Positions 49,488-59,094 are shown, counted from the first letter of the stretch. The stretch: DNA of 64,000 bases from Alphaproteobacteria bacterium (GCA_965220745.1 CBDCQT010000003.1:1-64000), one strand, 5' to 3'. Notes: generated by a model from the sequence alone, not told the origin. Numbers and translations are program-made.

Positions 49488-51893
49488 ATGGCTTGGATGA
49501 GACTGACGGGATATGCGGACAAGTTCGGCGTCCATCCCGGCGACACGATCCGCTTCTATGTGAATTGCGACGGGCCGAAGTCCTACGACGCCCAGCTCGT
49601 GAAGATGATCAACGGCGACACCAACCCGCGCGGGCCGGGCCTGATCGAGCGCAAGAGGCGGGCGTCGCTCAACGGCAGCTACAAGGGCCGCCGTCAGGTC
49701 ATCCACAGCGGCTCCTACGGCTGCGTGGAGGACAATTCGCAGCTCCGCGTGCAGAGCTTCACGCTGCAATGCTGGGTCTGGCCAACGACGCCGAAAACTC
49801 ATCCCAAGTACTGGAAGCACGGCGCCCAGGGCCTGGTCACCAAGTGGCACAGGAACAAGGGCTACGGCCTCTTCATCAACGAGGACGGCTGCGCCGAGCT
49901 CCGCATCAACGGCAAGAAGGTCACGACCGGCGCGCCGCTGCGCGACCATGCCTGGCACTTCCTCGCCGCGACCTACAACGCCGAGACCGGTCAGGCGATC
50001 CTCTATCACGAGCCGCAGGTGGTCTACGCCCTCGACCCGGTGATCAGGCCCGCGAAGGAAAAGATCGAAGGGCCGGTCAGGCATGACGCGAGCCCGGCGG
50101 TGATCGCCGGCTACACCGGCGCACACAGCAACGATCCTACGGCGCAGTCGTCGGTGCCGGCGGGCATCATCATCAACGGCCACTACAACGGGAAGATCGA
50201 CGGCCCCCGGATCTGCAATCGCGCGCTAAGCCGGGAAGAGATCGAGACCATGAAGCTCGGCGCCCAGCGCGGCATGACCGAGCGGCGCAACTCCGGCCCC
50301 ACCGGCGCGCTCTCCGAGACCATCGTCGCCGCCTGGGACTTCTCCGACGGCATCAACACCATCGTCGGCAAGGACCACGGGCCGTACTTGCTCGATGCGC
50401 AGATCGTCAACTGCCCAACCCGCGCCATGACCGGCCACAACTTCTCGGGCAACAACTTCGACTGGAAGCATGCGCCGCAAGAGTATGGCGCAATCCACTT
50501 CCATGACGACGACGTGGACGATGCACGCTGGGAGGTCGACTTCGAGTGGACCGTGCCGGCGAACTACGAGAGTGATTCCTATTGCGTCAAGCTCACCACG
50601 GACGAGGGCGACGAGGACTACATCCCCTTCTTCGTCGTGCCGCGCCCAGGCGAGGAGCAGGCCAAGATCGCGGTGATGATGCCGACGATCAGCTACATGG
50701 CCTACGCCAACGAGCATCTCGCCAACAACGCCGGCGGTGCGGAGCTGCTGGTCTATCGCGTGCCGATCATGCAGCACCAGAACATGTTCCTGGCCGAGCA
50801 CCGCGAGTACGGCGGCTCGATCTACGACACCCACACGGACGGCAGCGGCCTCTGCCTCTCGTCGAGGCTCAGGCCGATCCTCAGCATCCGGCCGCAGTAC
50901 GATCACTTCCTGATGCAGGCGCCCTGGCAATACCCGGCCGACCTGCATCTGATCTATTGGCTCAACCAGCTGGGCTACAAGTACGACGTCATCACCGACG
51001 AGGATGTGAACTACGACGGCCTCGCGCGGCTGGAAAACTACAACGTCGTGATCACGGGCTCGCATCCGGAGCACAACTCCGGGCCGCAGCTCGACGCGAT
51101 CCACGACTACACCCAGCGCGGCGGCCGCTTCATGTACATGGGCGCGGACGGCTTCTACTGGATCCATTCCTACCATCCGGCCTACGACCATCTCGGGCGC
51201 GGCATCATCACCGAGATGCGCCGATGCGAATCCGGCATCCGGACCTGGCGGGCGGACCCCGGCGAGTACTATCACCAGTCCACCGGCGAGCTCGGCGGCA
51301 TGTGGCGCTATCGTGGGCGCTACCTGCACTCGATCGCCGGCACCGGCATGTCGTCCGAAGGCTTCGATATTTCGAGCTACTACTCGCGCACGCCGGAGAG
51401 TAACGATCCGCGCGTCTCGTGGGCCTACGAGGGTATCGACTACGACGAGAAGATCGGCAACTTCGGCCTAGTCGGCGGCGGTGCCGCCGGCACGGAGCTC
51501 GACATCGTCGACACCCTGCTCGGCTCGCCGCCGCACACGCTGATCACCGCGACCTCGGCGGGCCGCCATACCGAGGGCTATCTGCTGGTGATGGAGGACT
51601 TCGGCTTCAACCAGCAGGGCCTCGACGGCACCCAGCACCCGCGCGTGCGCTCGGACATCGCCTATCACGAAACGCCCAACGGCGGCGCGTGCTTCGCGTT
51701 CAGCTCGATCGCGTTCTGCGGGTCGCTACCGTGGAACAACGGCGATCCCGAGAAGAACAACATCTCGCGGCTGGTGAAGAACGTGCTCGACCGCTTCTCG
51801 CAGGACGGCCCGCTACCGCCGCCGCCGCGCAGCGCGATCAAGCATCGCGGCCGCGCCGATTACGACCCGCCGCTCAACAAGAAGCGGAAGTAG
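49488..51893 (+). CDS. dmfA2: N,N-dimethylformamidase large (beta) subunit family
   Basis: GDTNPRGPG, N-terminal LamG-like domain, YGAIHFHDDD, SYMAYANEH, SIYDTHTDGSG, SRLRP, GSHPE, GGGAAGTELD. Confidence 0.9.
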   Translation: MAWMRLTGYADKFGVHPGDTIRFYVNCDGPKSYDAQLVKMINGDTNPRGPGLIERKRRASLNGSYKGRRQVIHSGSYGCVEDNSQLRVQSFTLQCWVWPTTPKTHPKYWKHGAQGLVTKWHRNKGYGLFINEDGCAELRINGKKVTTGAPLRDHAWHFLAATYNAETGQAILYHEPQVVYALDPVIRPAKEKIEGPVRHDASPAVIAGYTGAHSNDPTAQSSVPAGIIINGHYNGKIDGPRICNRALSREEIETMKLGAQRGMTERRNSGPTGALSETIVAAWDFSDGINTIVGKDHGPYLLDAQIVNCPTRAMTGHNFSGNNFDWKHAPQEYGAIHFHDDDVDDARWEVDFEWTVPANYESDSYCVKLTTDEGDEDYIPFFVVPRPGEEQAKIAVMMPTISYMAYANEHLANNAGGAELLVYRVPIMQHQNMFLAEHREYGGSIYDTHTDGSGLCLSSRLRPILSIRPQYDHFLMQAPWQYPADLHLIYWLNQLGYKYDVITDEDVNYDGLARLENYNVVITGSHPEHNSGPQLDAIHDYTQRGGRFMYMGADGFYWIHSYHPAYDHLGRGIITEMRRCESGIRTWRADPGEYYHQSTGELGGMWRYRGRYLHSIAGTGMSSEGFDISSYYSRTPESNDPRVSWAYEGIDYDEKIGNFGLVGGGAAGTELDIVDTLLGSPPHTLITATSAGRHTEGYLLVMEDFGFNQQGLDGTQHPRVRSDIAYHETPNGGACFAFSSIAFCGSLPWNNGDPEKNNISRLVKNVLDRFSQDGPLPPPPRSAIKHRGRADYDPPLNKKRK

Positions 51894-51965
51894 GGGGTCG
51901 CCGCAGGCACGGACGGGGCGGGTGGTGCACCCGCCCCATCCCAGCGCGGCCGAGGGTCTGGCCCG

Positions 51966-53084
51966 ATGACGATGCGGCCCGATCTCGACTACGTGGACGA
52001 GGGCGTCGATCTTCAGGATCCCGCTCTCTACAAGCCGTCGCGCGGGCGTTTCGGCAAGGCGAGCATCCTCACGCCCATCGCCTACCGCTCCAAGGTCTTC
52101 GCCGACCTGGAGGACGAGAAGATCTGGACCCGGAGCTGGGTCTGCATCGGCGCGCAGCGCGATATTCCCAACGTCGGCGACCTGCTGCCCTATACGGTGG
52201 GCAACCACGGCGTTCACGTGCAGCGCGGCGATGATGGGCTGGTCGGGCGCTACAATCTGGCGCAGCACGGCGGCTGCCGCTTCGTGCCGGCGCAGTGCCA
52301 GACCGGCTCCAAGACCAGGTGCTCGTTCACCTCATGCGGCTACAGCCGCGATCGCGGGGTGATCGCCGCTGACGAGCTCGGCGACAACACGCCGACGATG
52401 CGCCAGTATCTCGGCTACCGGCCCGAGCGCCTGCTGCCGGTATCGGTGGAGAGCGAGGGGCCGCTCCTTTTCGTCAATCTCGATCCCGAGGCCGCACCGC
52501 TCGCCGAGCGATTCGATGGCGTGGCCGAGGCGCTCGATCTCGACGCCGCTGCGGACTGGGAGACTGCCGGGAGCTTCCGGGTCGAGTACGAAGCGAACTG
52601 GAAGCTGCTCGGCCGCGCGCTGCTCCGTTCGCTTGCGCCCGAGGCCAAGGCCGTGAAGAAGAGTGGCGACGCCATCGCGCTCAAGGCGGGCATCGATTAT
52701 TCCGACGCGCCGGCGACGGTCTTCTGGCTCTTGCCGAACCTGATCCTGCTGCGCGCCGAAGACCTCTTGGTGAGCATTGTGCTGCAGCCTACCGCGCTGG
52801 AGGAGACATTGGCCCGCGTCAGGATCAGCGCGGCACGGCCGATCGAGGCCGCGAGTGTCGAGACGTTGCGTGTGGCCCTCGACGAGGCCGGTGGCGAGGC
52901 GGCGACCCAGCAGGAGGAGCTGGCGCGGTTCGGGACGCCTTCCCGGCCGCAGACGCGTCTCGACGCGCTCCCGCTCGAAGAGGACCGCGCCGCCCACCTG
53001 CTCCAGGCCTACGTGATCGGGCGGCTGCTGAAGCGCCACGAGGTTCACCAGGCGGGCCCGCTCTACGTCGCCGCCGTGCGCTGA
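51966..53084 (+). CDS. Rieske ring-hydroxylating oxygenase alpha-like protein with non-canonical ligands
   Basis: EDEKIWTRSWVCIG..DIPNVGD, LFVNLDP, ANWK scaffold; CxH and CxxH ligands altered. Confidence 0.75.
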   Translation: MTMRPDLDYVDEGVDLQDPALYKPSRGRFGKASILTPIAYRSKVFADLEDEKIWTRSWVCIGAQRDIPNVGDLLPYTVGNHGVHVQRGDDGLVGRYNLAQHGGCRFVPAQCQTGSKTRCSFTSCGYSRDRGVIAADELGDNTPTMRQYLGYRPERLLPVSVESEGPLLFVNLDPEAAPLAERFDGVAEALDLDAAADWETAGSFRVEYEANWKLLGRALLRSLAPEAKAVKKSGDAIALKAGIDYSDAPATVFWLLPNLILLRAEDLLVSIVLQPTALEETLARVRISAARPIEAASVETLRVALDEAGGEAATQQEELARFGTPSRPQTRLDALPLEEDRAAHLLQAYVIGRLLKRHEVHQAGPLYVAAVR

Positions 53085-53389
53085 TGGTCTTCAGCGTCCA
53101 GCAGATCAAGTACGAGATCCTCGCCTACATCAAGGAGTGCGGCGGGGAGTTCGGCGACTACTACGTCGGGATCGCGGCGGACCCGAAGAAGACCCTCTTC
53201 GACGTCCACAAGGTGGACAAGGACGCCGACCCCTGGCTCTACAAGCAGGCGCTCACCTTCTACGCGGCGCAGACGGTTCAGGACTACTTCCTGCGCAGGC
53301 TGAAGGCCGACGGCGAGCCGGTGTACGACGGCGACGAAGATACGGACTGCGTCTATGTCTACAAGAAGAGCGAGCGGACCGTCCCGTAA
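53084..53389 (+). CDS. 101-aa hypothetical protein
   Basis: TGATG coupling to the upstream gene, strong host codon bias; YYVGIA.DP...VYVY pattern. Confidence 0.8.
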   Translation: MVFSVQQIKYEILAYIKECGGEFGDYYVGIAADPKKTLFDVHKVDKDADPWLYKQALTFYAAQTVQDYFLRRLKADGEPVYDGDEDTDCVYVYKKSERTVP

Positions 53390-54116
53390 GGCGCGACGCC
53401 CGGCGAAGTCCCGAGATGACGGAACGCGGGCGGCGCGGGCGCGCCAGGAGGACGCCGCCATCGAGGAGGGGCGGCGCGCCTACATGGCCCGCGACTTCGA
53501 GCGGGCGCGGGCGCTCTGGCTGCCGCTGGCCGAGGCCGGCAATGCCGAGGCGCAGGCCTGGGTCGGCTCGCTCTACGCCAACGGCGACGGCGTCGAGGCC
53601 GACGCGGCGGCGGCGTTCGCCTGGTACCTCAAGTCGGCCGAGGGCGGGAACGTGCTGGCCCAGAGCAACGTCGGCGCGATGTACGCCATGGGCAGCGGCG
53701 TCGCCCAGGACATGGCGGAGGCGGTGCGCTGGCTGCGGCGTGCGGCCCGCGGCGGCGATGCCAACGCCCGCTTCAATCTTGGCGTGCTCTACAGCCAGGG
53801 CAACGGCGTGCCGCAGAACCACGCCCGCGCCGCCGAGTGGTACCGCAAGGCGGCGGAGACGGGGCACTACCAGTCCCAGGCGCGTCTCGGCCACATGTAC
53901 CTGGCGGGCGAGGGCGTGAAGAGGGACCGCGTTCAGGCCTTCCTGTGGCTCTCGCTTGCCGCCCGGCACGGCATCGGCTCCGCCCTCACCGCCCTGGAAG
54001 CGGTGGTCAAGGAGATGTCGTCGGACGAGAAGGCGCAAGGCATGCGCCTCGTCGCCCAGTGGCGCGGCAAGGCCGATAGTGACGCCGACGTGCTCATCGA
54101 CCCGGTGCCCGTATAA
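53355..54116 (+). CDS. Sel1-repeat protein
   Basis: Four Sel1 repeats (AEAGNAEAQ..G.LY..GDGV, AQSNVGAMY, ARFNLGVLY, QARLGHMY); start uncertain. Confidence 0.88.
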   Translation: MSTRRASGPSRKARRPAKSRDDGTRAARARQEDAAIEEGRRAYMARDFERARALWLPLAEAGNAEAQAWVGSLYANGDGVEADAAAAFAWYLKSAEGGNVLAQSNVGAMYAMGSGVAQDMAEAVRWLRRAARGGDANARFNLGVLYSQGNGVPQNHARAAEWYRKAAETGHYQSQARLGHMYLAGEGVKRDRVQAFLWLSLAARHGIGSALTALEAVVKEMSSDEKAQGMRLVAQWRGKADSDADVLIDPVPV

Positions 54117-54126
54117 GGCGGTATTC

Positions 54127-54615
54127 TCACCCGGTCGGTGCCGGGGGCGCGCAGGCGAAGCGGTCGATCACCCCTGTCTTGTCGTTCACCTTGATCTCGA
54201 AGGACGCCTCGGTGAGCTCGCTCCAGAGGTCCGACTCCTCGGTCGGGCAGGCGTTGTGCAGCCCGATCTCGCCGGGACGCGCGGCTTCGCCGTGGCGTGC
54301 CGAGCGGATGCCGGGGGAGAAGTAGACCTCCACCTCGACCACGCCCGTAGCGGCCCGCACGGTGTCGCCGACCTCCCAGCCGGCCGGCAGATCGTGGGAG
54401 CGGTAATAGCTCTTGATCCGGCGCACGGAGTCTTCGGGATCGACGGTCTCTTCGGCCCCAGGTGCTGCGGCGTGTTGCTCCGCTCCGGTATTGCCGCGGC
54501 GCAACTGCTGCCCGGTCTCGTAGACGATCACAAACAGCAGAAGTATCCCGACGATGATGCCGTAGCGAAGCCATCGCCGCTTCGATGGCACTCCGGTCTT
54601 GCGGCGTCGCGCCAC
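54127..54615 (-). CDS. Hypothetical membrane-anchored protein
   Basis: Basic N-terminus plus one TM (YGIIVGILLLFVIVY), soluble domain with two Cys; start may be GTG 54591. Confidence 0.55.
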   Translation of the reverse strand: MARRRKTGVPSKRRWLRYGIIVGILLLFVIVYETGQQLRRGNTGAEQHAAAPGAEETVDPEDSVRRIKSYYRSHDLPAGWEVGDTVRAATGVVEVEVYFSPGIRSARHGEAARPGEIGLHNACPTEESDLWSELTEASFEIKVNDKTGVIDRFACAPPAPTG

Positions 54616-54691
54616 GATGTTTCCGTCGCTTTCGAGTAAGATCGCCGTCTCTCAGGCGCAGGATACCGATCGCGGTCAAGGGAGTGAAACG

Positions 54692-54967
54692 ATGCCGATC
54701 CCGCGGAACATTCAGGAGGAGCTGGAGAAGAGGGACGAGCTGATCCTGGCTCTGGAAATGATGGTCGTCGATCAGGCCTGCCGCCTGCTCGCCGCGGAGG
54801 CGGTGCTGCGCGAGCTCGTCCCGGCCAAGCGGAAGCCCTCGCAGGAGAAGATCGAGGCCCACATCGCCGAGGCCGCCGAGCGCTTCCGCCAGCGCTTCGA
54901 GGGCGAAAGCGTCGCGGGGTTCACCGATCGCGCAAAGCGCATTGCAGCCGAATTGGTCGGGCGATAG
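54692..54967 (+). CDS. Small helical hypothetical protein
   Basis: ATG with AAGGGAG RBS; host codon bias. Confidence 0.6.
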   Translation: MPIPRNIQEELEKRDELILALEMMVVDQACRLLAAEAVLRELVPAKRKPSQEKIEAHIAEAAERFRQRFEGESVAGFTDRAKRIAAELVGR

Positions 54968-55000
54968 CGCCCACGACCTCGTTCTGGCGCTGGCGAGACC

Positions 55001-55633
55001 GTGACGGACGGCGACGCGCGCCAGACGTATCGGCGCATCGCGCGCTTCTACGACTTTCTCGATGGGTCGTTCGAGCGCAAGCGCTATGCACCGATCCGGG
55101 GCACGCTGTTCGCCGGGCTCACGGGGCGGATTTTGGATGCCGGCGTCGGGACCGGCCGCAACATCCCCTACTATCCGACGGACGCGGAGGTCATCGGGGT
55201 CGATCTCTCGCAGGCGATGCTCGCGCAGGCCCGCGCCCGGCGCGATGCGCTGGGCAGCGACGCGCCGCTCGCGGCAATGGATGTGCTCAGGACCGGATTC
55301 GCCGACTCAAGCTTCGACGGTATCGTCGCGAGCTTCGTTTTCTGCGTTCTCAGGCCCGATCAGCAGCAGGCGGCGCTCGAAGAGCTCGGGCGCATCGTGA
55401 GGCCCGACGGCGAAATTCGCCTGCTCGACTACACGTGGTCCAAGCAGCCAAGGCGGCGGCTCATCATGCGCTTGTGGGCGCCCTGGGTGCGCTGGGCCTA
55501 CGGCGCGGGCTTCGACCGCGAGCCGCACCGCCATGTCGAGCCCGCCGGTCTCGTGCTCACTGAGGACCGCTTCCTGATCGACGACGTCGTGAGGTACCTG
55601 GTGGCGCGAAAACCGCTCAGTTCTGTTGGTTGA
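55001..55633 (+). CDS. Class I SAM-dependent methyltransferase
   Basis: YRRIARFYD, ILDAGVGTGRN, GVDLSQAML, FVFC, RPDG. Confidence 0.88.
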   Translation: MTDGDARQTYRRIARFYDFLDGSFERKRYAPIRGTLFAGLTGRILDAGVGTGRNIPYYPTDAEVIGVDLSQAMLAQARARRDALGSDAPLAAMDVLRTGFADSSFDGIVASFVFCVLRPDQQQAALEELGRIVRPDGEIRLLDYTWSKQPRRRLIMRLWAPWVRWAYGAGFDREPHRHVEPAGLVLTEDRFLIDDVVRYLVARKPLSSVG

Positions 55634-57521
55634 ACAGGGCCGACAGCGTGCCCTGGTTGACCGAGATATCGTGCCGGCCGTAAAGCGACGCCCGGTAGAC
55701 ATCCGTAAGGTCCCCGCGCCATGCGCGCGAAAGCTGGTCGCGCAGCCGGTCGCGTTCCTCTCCGGTCGCGCCCCGGCCTGCGTCGGAGACCTGGGTGAGC
55801 ATCGCGACGGCCCACCCGTCGGCGGTCGGCGCCACGATCGGCTCCCGGCTGCCCTCGTCGCTCTCGAACAGGCCCTGGATCAACGCGAACGAGGTCTCCG
55901 GCGCCGCACCTTGCCCATCGCGCCGCACGTTCTCCAGCATGGTCACTCTGAAACCCGCGTCGCGGGCGGCCGCATCGAGGTCCTCGCCGGCCCGGACCCG
56001 GTCGGCTAGGGTATTCGCCACCCGCTCGGCGGCCCCTTGCTCCTCCGCGCGCACCAGCGCCGAACGCACCTGGCTCCGCACTTCCTCCAGGGGGCGCGGC
56101 GCTGGCTCGACCACCTCGTCCACCCGCAGGATGACGAAGCTGCCATCGCCGAGTTCGGTCTGGAGCGATTCGCTCCCCTCCGTCGTCTCGTAGATGAGCG
56201 TCAGAATGTCGTCTCGCTCGGCCAGCTCGACGAGCACCGGGGAGCCGCCCCGGTCGAGCCCGGTCCGGGTGATACCGTTGACGACGATCGGCTCGACGCC
56301 GACCGCGGCCGCGCCCATCTCCAGGGAGGCGCCGCCGCCGAGCTCGTCCTCCAGCACGGTGGAGAGGCGGAAGAGCCCCGCGCCCGCAAGGTCGAGCGCC
56401 ATCTCGTCGTGCAGCTCCTGCTTCACCTCCTCGAAGCTCTGGCGCCGCGCCGGCTCCACCTTCTCGACCTTGAAGAGATGCCAGCCGAACGGGGTTTGCA
56501 CCGGTTCGCTGACCGAGCCCTCGGAGAGGCGGAAGACCGCCTCGCTCGCGCTCCTGAGCGGGCCATCGGGCTCGAAATTGGGGATGGTCAGCACGCTCGC
56601 CCCGCGGCGGTCGAGGTCGTCAGCGACAGTGTCGAAATCCTCGCCTTCCGCCAGCCTCTGAGTGGCTTCCCGAATCAGCGCCTCGTCCTGGGCGTTGATC
56701 TGGATGACCGCGCGCCGTTCCGGCAACTCGAACTCGTCGATCCGGGCCTCGTATTCGGCGTAGACGTCTTCGTCGCTCAGCTCGATCTCCGCGACCATGG
56801 CTTGGGGCGTGAGATGCACGATCACCGCGCTGCGCCGCTCGGGCGCCATGAAGGATGTCGCATTCTCCTCGTAATAGGCCTGGATGTCGGCCTCGCTCGG
56901 CTCCGCGAGGCCGCCGATGCCGCGCGCGGGGATCAGGGCGAGCCGGGCGCTCCGCTCCTCCGCCCGGTAGCGGTGAAGGGCTTCGGTCATTGCTTCCGGC
57001 ACGTTGCGGTCACCGCCGACGGAGGTGAGGATCTGATCGCGGAGGAGGTCGATGCGAATCAGGTCCTCGTACTCGGTCCGGGTCATGTTGTTGCGTTCGA
57101 GGACGAGATCGTAAAGCTCGGGATCGAACCTGCCCTGCTCGTTGGAGAACGCCGGCGAGGCTTCGAGCTCCTGCCTGACGCTGAAGTCCGCCGCGCTCAG
57201 CCCGAGCTTGGATGCCTCGGCGTCCAGCAGGTACTCGCGGACGAGGAGGTTGAGCACCTGGCCCGTGAGCCCGGCCTGGTGGGCCTCGTCGCGGGTCAGA
57301 TCGGGGCGGCCGGAGCGGTCCCGTTCGCGCTGCAGGGCGCGCTGAAACTGGCGATCGAAGAGGACCGTGGGAACGTCGACGTCGCCCACCGTCGCCACCG
57401 CTGAGCGGCTGCCGCCGGTAAACACGTCATTGATGCCCCAGGCCCCGAAGCTCAAGGCCAGGACGATGATGACGGCGCGGCTCGCCCAAGACTTGGTGGC
57501 CTGGCGCATGGATTGCAGCAT
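55617..57521 (-). CDS. ppiD: PpiD/SurA-family peptidyl-prolyl isomerase chaperone
   Basis: MLQSMR..LSFGAWGI N-terminal anchor, VSEPVQTPFGWHL parvulin motif; divergent from tpiA. Confidence 0.88.
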   Translation of the reverse strand: MLQSMRQATKSWASRAVIIVLALSFGAWGINDVFTGGSRSAVATVGDVDVPTVLFDRQFQRALQRERDRSGRPDLTRDEAHQAGLTGQVLNLLVREYLLDAEASKLGLSAADFSVRQELEASPAFSNEQGRFDPELYDLVLERNNMTRTEYEDLIRIDLLRDQILTSVGGDRNVPEAMTEALHRYRAEERSARLALIPARGIGGLAEPSEADIQAYYEENATSFMAPERRSAVIVHLTPQAMVAEIELSDEDVYAEYEARIDEFELPERRAVIQINAQDEALIREATQRLAEGEDFDTVADDLDRRGASVLTIPNFEPDGPLRSASEAVFRLSEGSVSEPVQTPFGWHLFKVEKVEPARRQSFEEVKQELHDEMALDLAGAGLFRLSTVLEDELGGGASLEMGAAAVGVEPIVVNGITRTGLDRGGSPVLVELAERDDILTLIYETTEGSESLQTELGDGSFVILRVDEVVEPAPRPLEEVRSQVRSALVRAEEQGAAERVANTLADRVRAGEDLDAAARDAGFRVTMLENVRRDGQGAAPETSFALIQGLFESDEGSREPIVAPTADGWAVAMLTQVSDAGRGATGEERDRLRDQLSRAWRGDLTDVYRASLYGRHDISVNQGTLSALFNQQN

Positions 57522-57774
57522 TGCGGGACCCGTCGGCTGGTGGCGGCGCACCCGAGCCAGCGCGGGGCGCGCGTTGCGCCGGATAATAGGAGCGCCTGTG
57601 CGCACCGGGCAACACGCAACCTGTCGTTCCGTTCACGATCTCGCTATTCCACCGTCCTGCCCGGTGCGCCTAGCCCATCCTCGCGGGCCGTGTTAGAGCA
57701 GGGTGGTCCCGCCCGCCGCCTGCACTTATGTACAGGTGAAGAGGCGCAAACACCCACAACCGCAGCCCGCCCTC

Positions 57775-58527
57775 ATGCCGCCCCGACCGCTCTTCGTGGC
57801 CAACTGGAAGATGAACGGCCTCCATGCCGATGGTCTCGTGCGCGCTAGCGCGCTCGCCGGCCACGCGGCGGGCGGTGATTGCGGCGGCGATATCGTGGTT
57901 TGCCCGCCGGCCACGCTGCTTTTCGCGCTGAGGGCCGTGTTCGCGGGCTCGCAGATCGAGCTCGGCGGGCAGGATTGCCACGCCACGCCGGAGGGCGCGC
58001 ACACCGGCGACGTGAGCGCGCCGATGCTCGCCGATGCCGGCTGCGCCTACGTCATCGCCGGCCATTCGGAGCGCCGCGCCGGCCACGGCGAAGCGGACGA
58101 GACGGTGGCGGGCAAGGCGGCAGCGGCCCATGCGGCAGGGCTCACCACCATCGTCTGCGTCGGCGAGAGCGCGGTCGACCGCGACGACGGGCGGGCGCTC
58201 GCGGTGATCGGCCGCCAGGTCGAGCGCTCGCTGCCCGACGGTTCGACGACCGACAACACCGCGATCGCCTACGAGCCGGTCTGGGCTATCGGCACCGGCC
58301 GCACGCCGGCCCCGGCTGATATCGAGGCGGCGCACACGGAAGTGCGGGCCGGCTGGGAGAGGCGATTTTCAGGGAGCGGCGCGGCGCTCCGCGTGCTATA
58401 TGGCGGCTCCGTCACGGCGCGGAACGCGGGGGAAATCATGGCCGCGCCGGGTGTCGACGGTGTTCTGGTCGGCGGTGCCAGTCTCTCTGCGGACACGTTC
58501 TGGCAAATTTGCCAGGCGTGCCGCTGA
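57775..58527 (+). CDS. tpiA: Triosephosphate isomerase
   Basis: ANWKMNG, GHSERR, IAYEPVWAIGTG, LYGGSV, LVGGASL. Confidence 0.97.
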   Translation: MPPRPLFVANWKMNGLHADGLVRASALAGHAAGGDCGGDIVVCPPATLLFALRAVFAGSQIELGGQDCHATPEGAHTGDVSAPMLADAGCAYVIAGHSERRAGHGEADETVAGKAAAAHAAGLTTIVCVGESAVDRDDGRALAVIGRQVERSLPDGSTTDNTAIAYEPVWAIGTGRTPAPADIEAAHTEVRAGWERRFSGSGAALRVLYGGSVTARNAGEIMAAPGVDGVLVGGASLSADTFWQICQACR

Positions 58528-58558
58528 ATCCGTCCGGAAGTAGCGGCGAGGAGCGGCA

Positions 58559-58930
58559 GTGGAAACGATTTTGCTCGTGATCCTGATCATCATCGCGATT
58601 GCGATGATCGGGCTCGTGCTGCTTCAGCGGAGCGAGGGCGGCGCGCTCGGCATCGGTGGCCCCGGTGCGATGTTCTCGGCGCGCGGGACCGCGAACCTGC
58701 TGACGCGCGCGACGGCGGGACTGGCAGCGGCCTTCATGATCCTGAGCCTGGTATTGGCTATTCTCTCCGGCAGTTGGTCCGAGAAGGAATCGGTGCTGGA
58801 TACCGTGGAAGAAGATCCGCTGATCATCGAGGACGATCTCCCCCTGCCGGGCGAACTCGACCTGCCCACCGATATCGAACCGCTGGACCTGCTCGAGGAC
58901 GACCGCCCGGCCATCCCCCGCGCTGAATAG
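58559..58930 (+). CDS. secG: Preprotein translocase subunit SecG
   Basis: VLLQRSEGGALG, RGTANLLTRAT; follows tpiA. Confidence 0.93.
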   Translation: METILLVILIIIAIAMIGLVLLQRSEGGALGIGGPGAMFSARGTANLLTRATAGLAAAFMILSLVLAILSGSWSEKESVLDTVEEDPLIIEDDLPLPGELDLPTDIEPLDLLEDDRPAIPRAE

Positions 58931-59094
58931 CGTGCCGCGCTATACCGGGCGCGCTTCTGGGCCGGGCAGGTCATCCGGCGAGTTCGAAGAGATAGGCGTC
59001 AAGAATGGCCCATCAAGAGTACACTGCTCCCGCAGGGCGGGGCCTCGACGATGGAGGCGGGCAAGTGGACACTCAGCGCACCATGCAGGACGGC

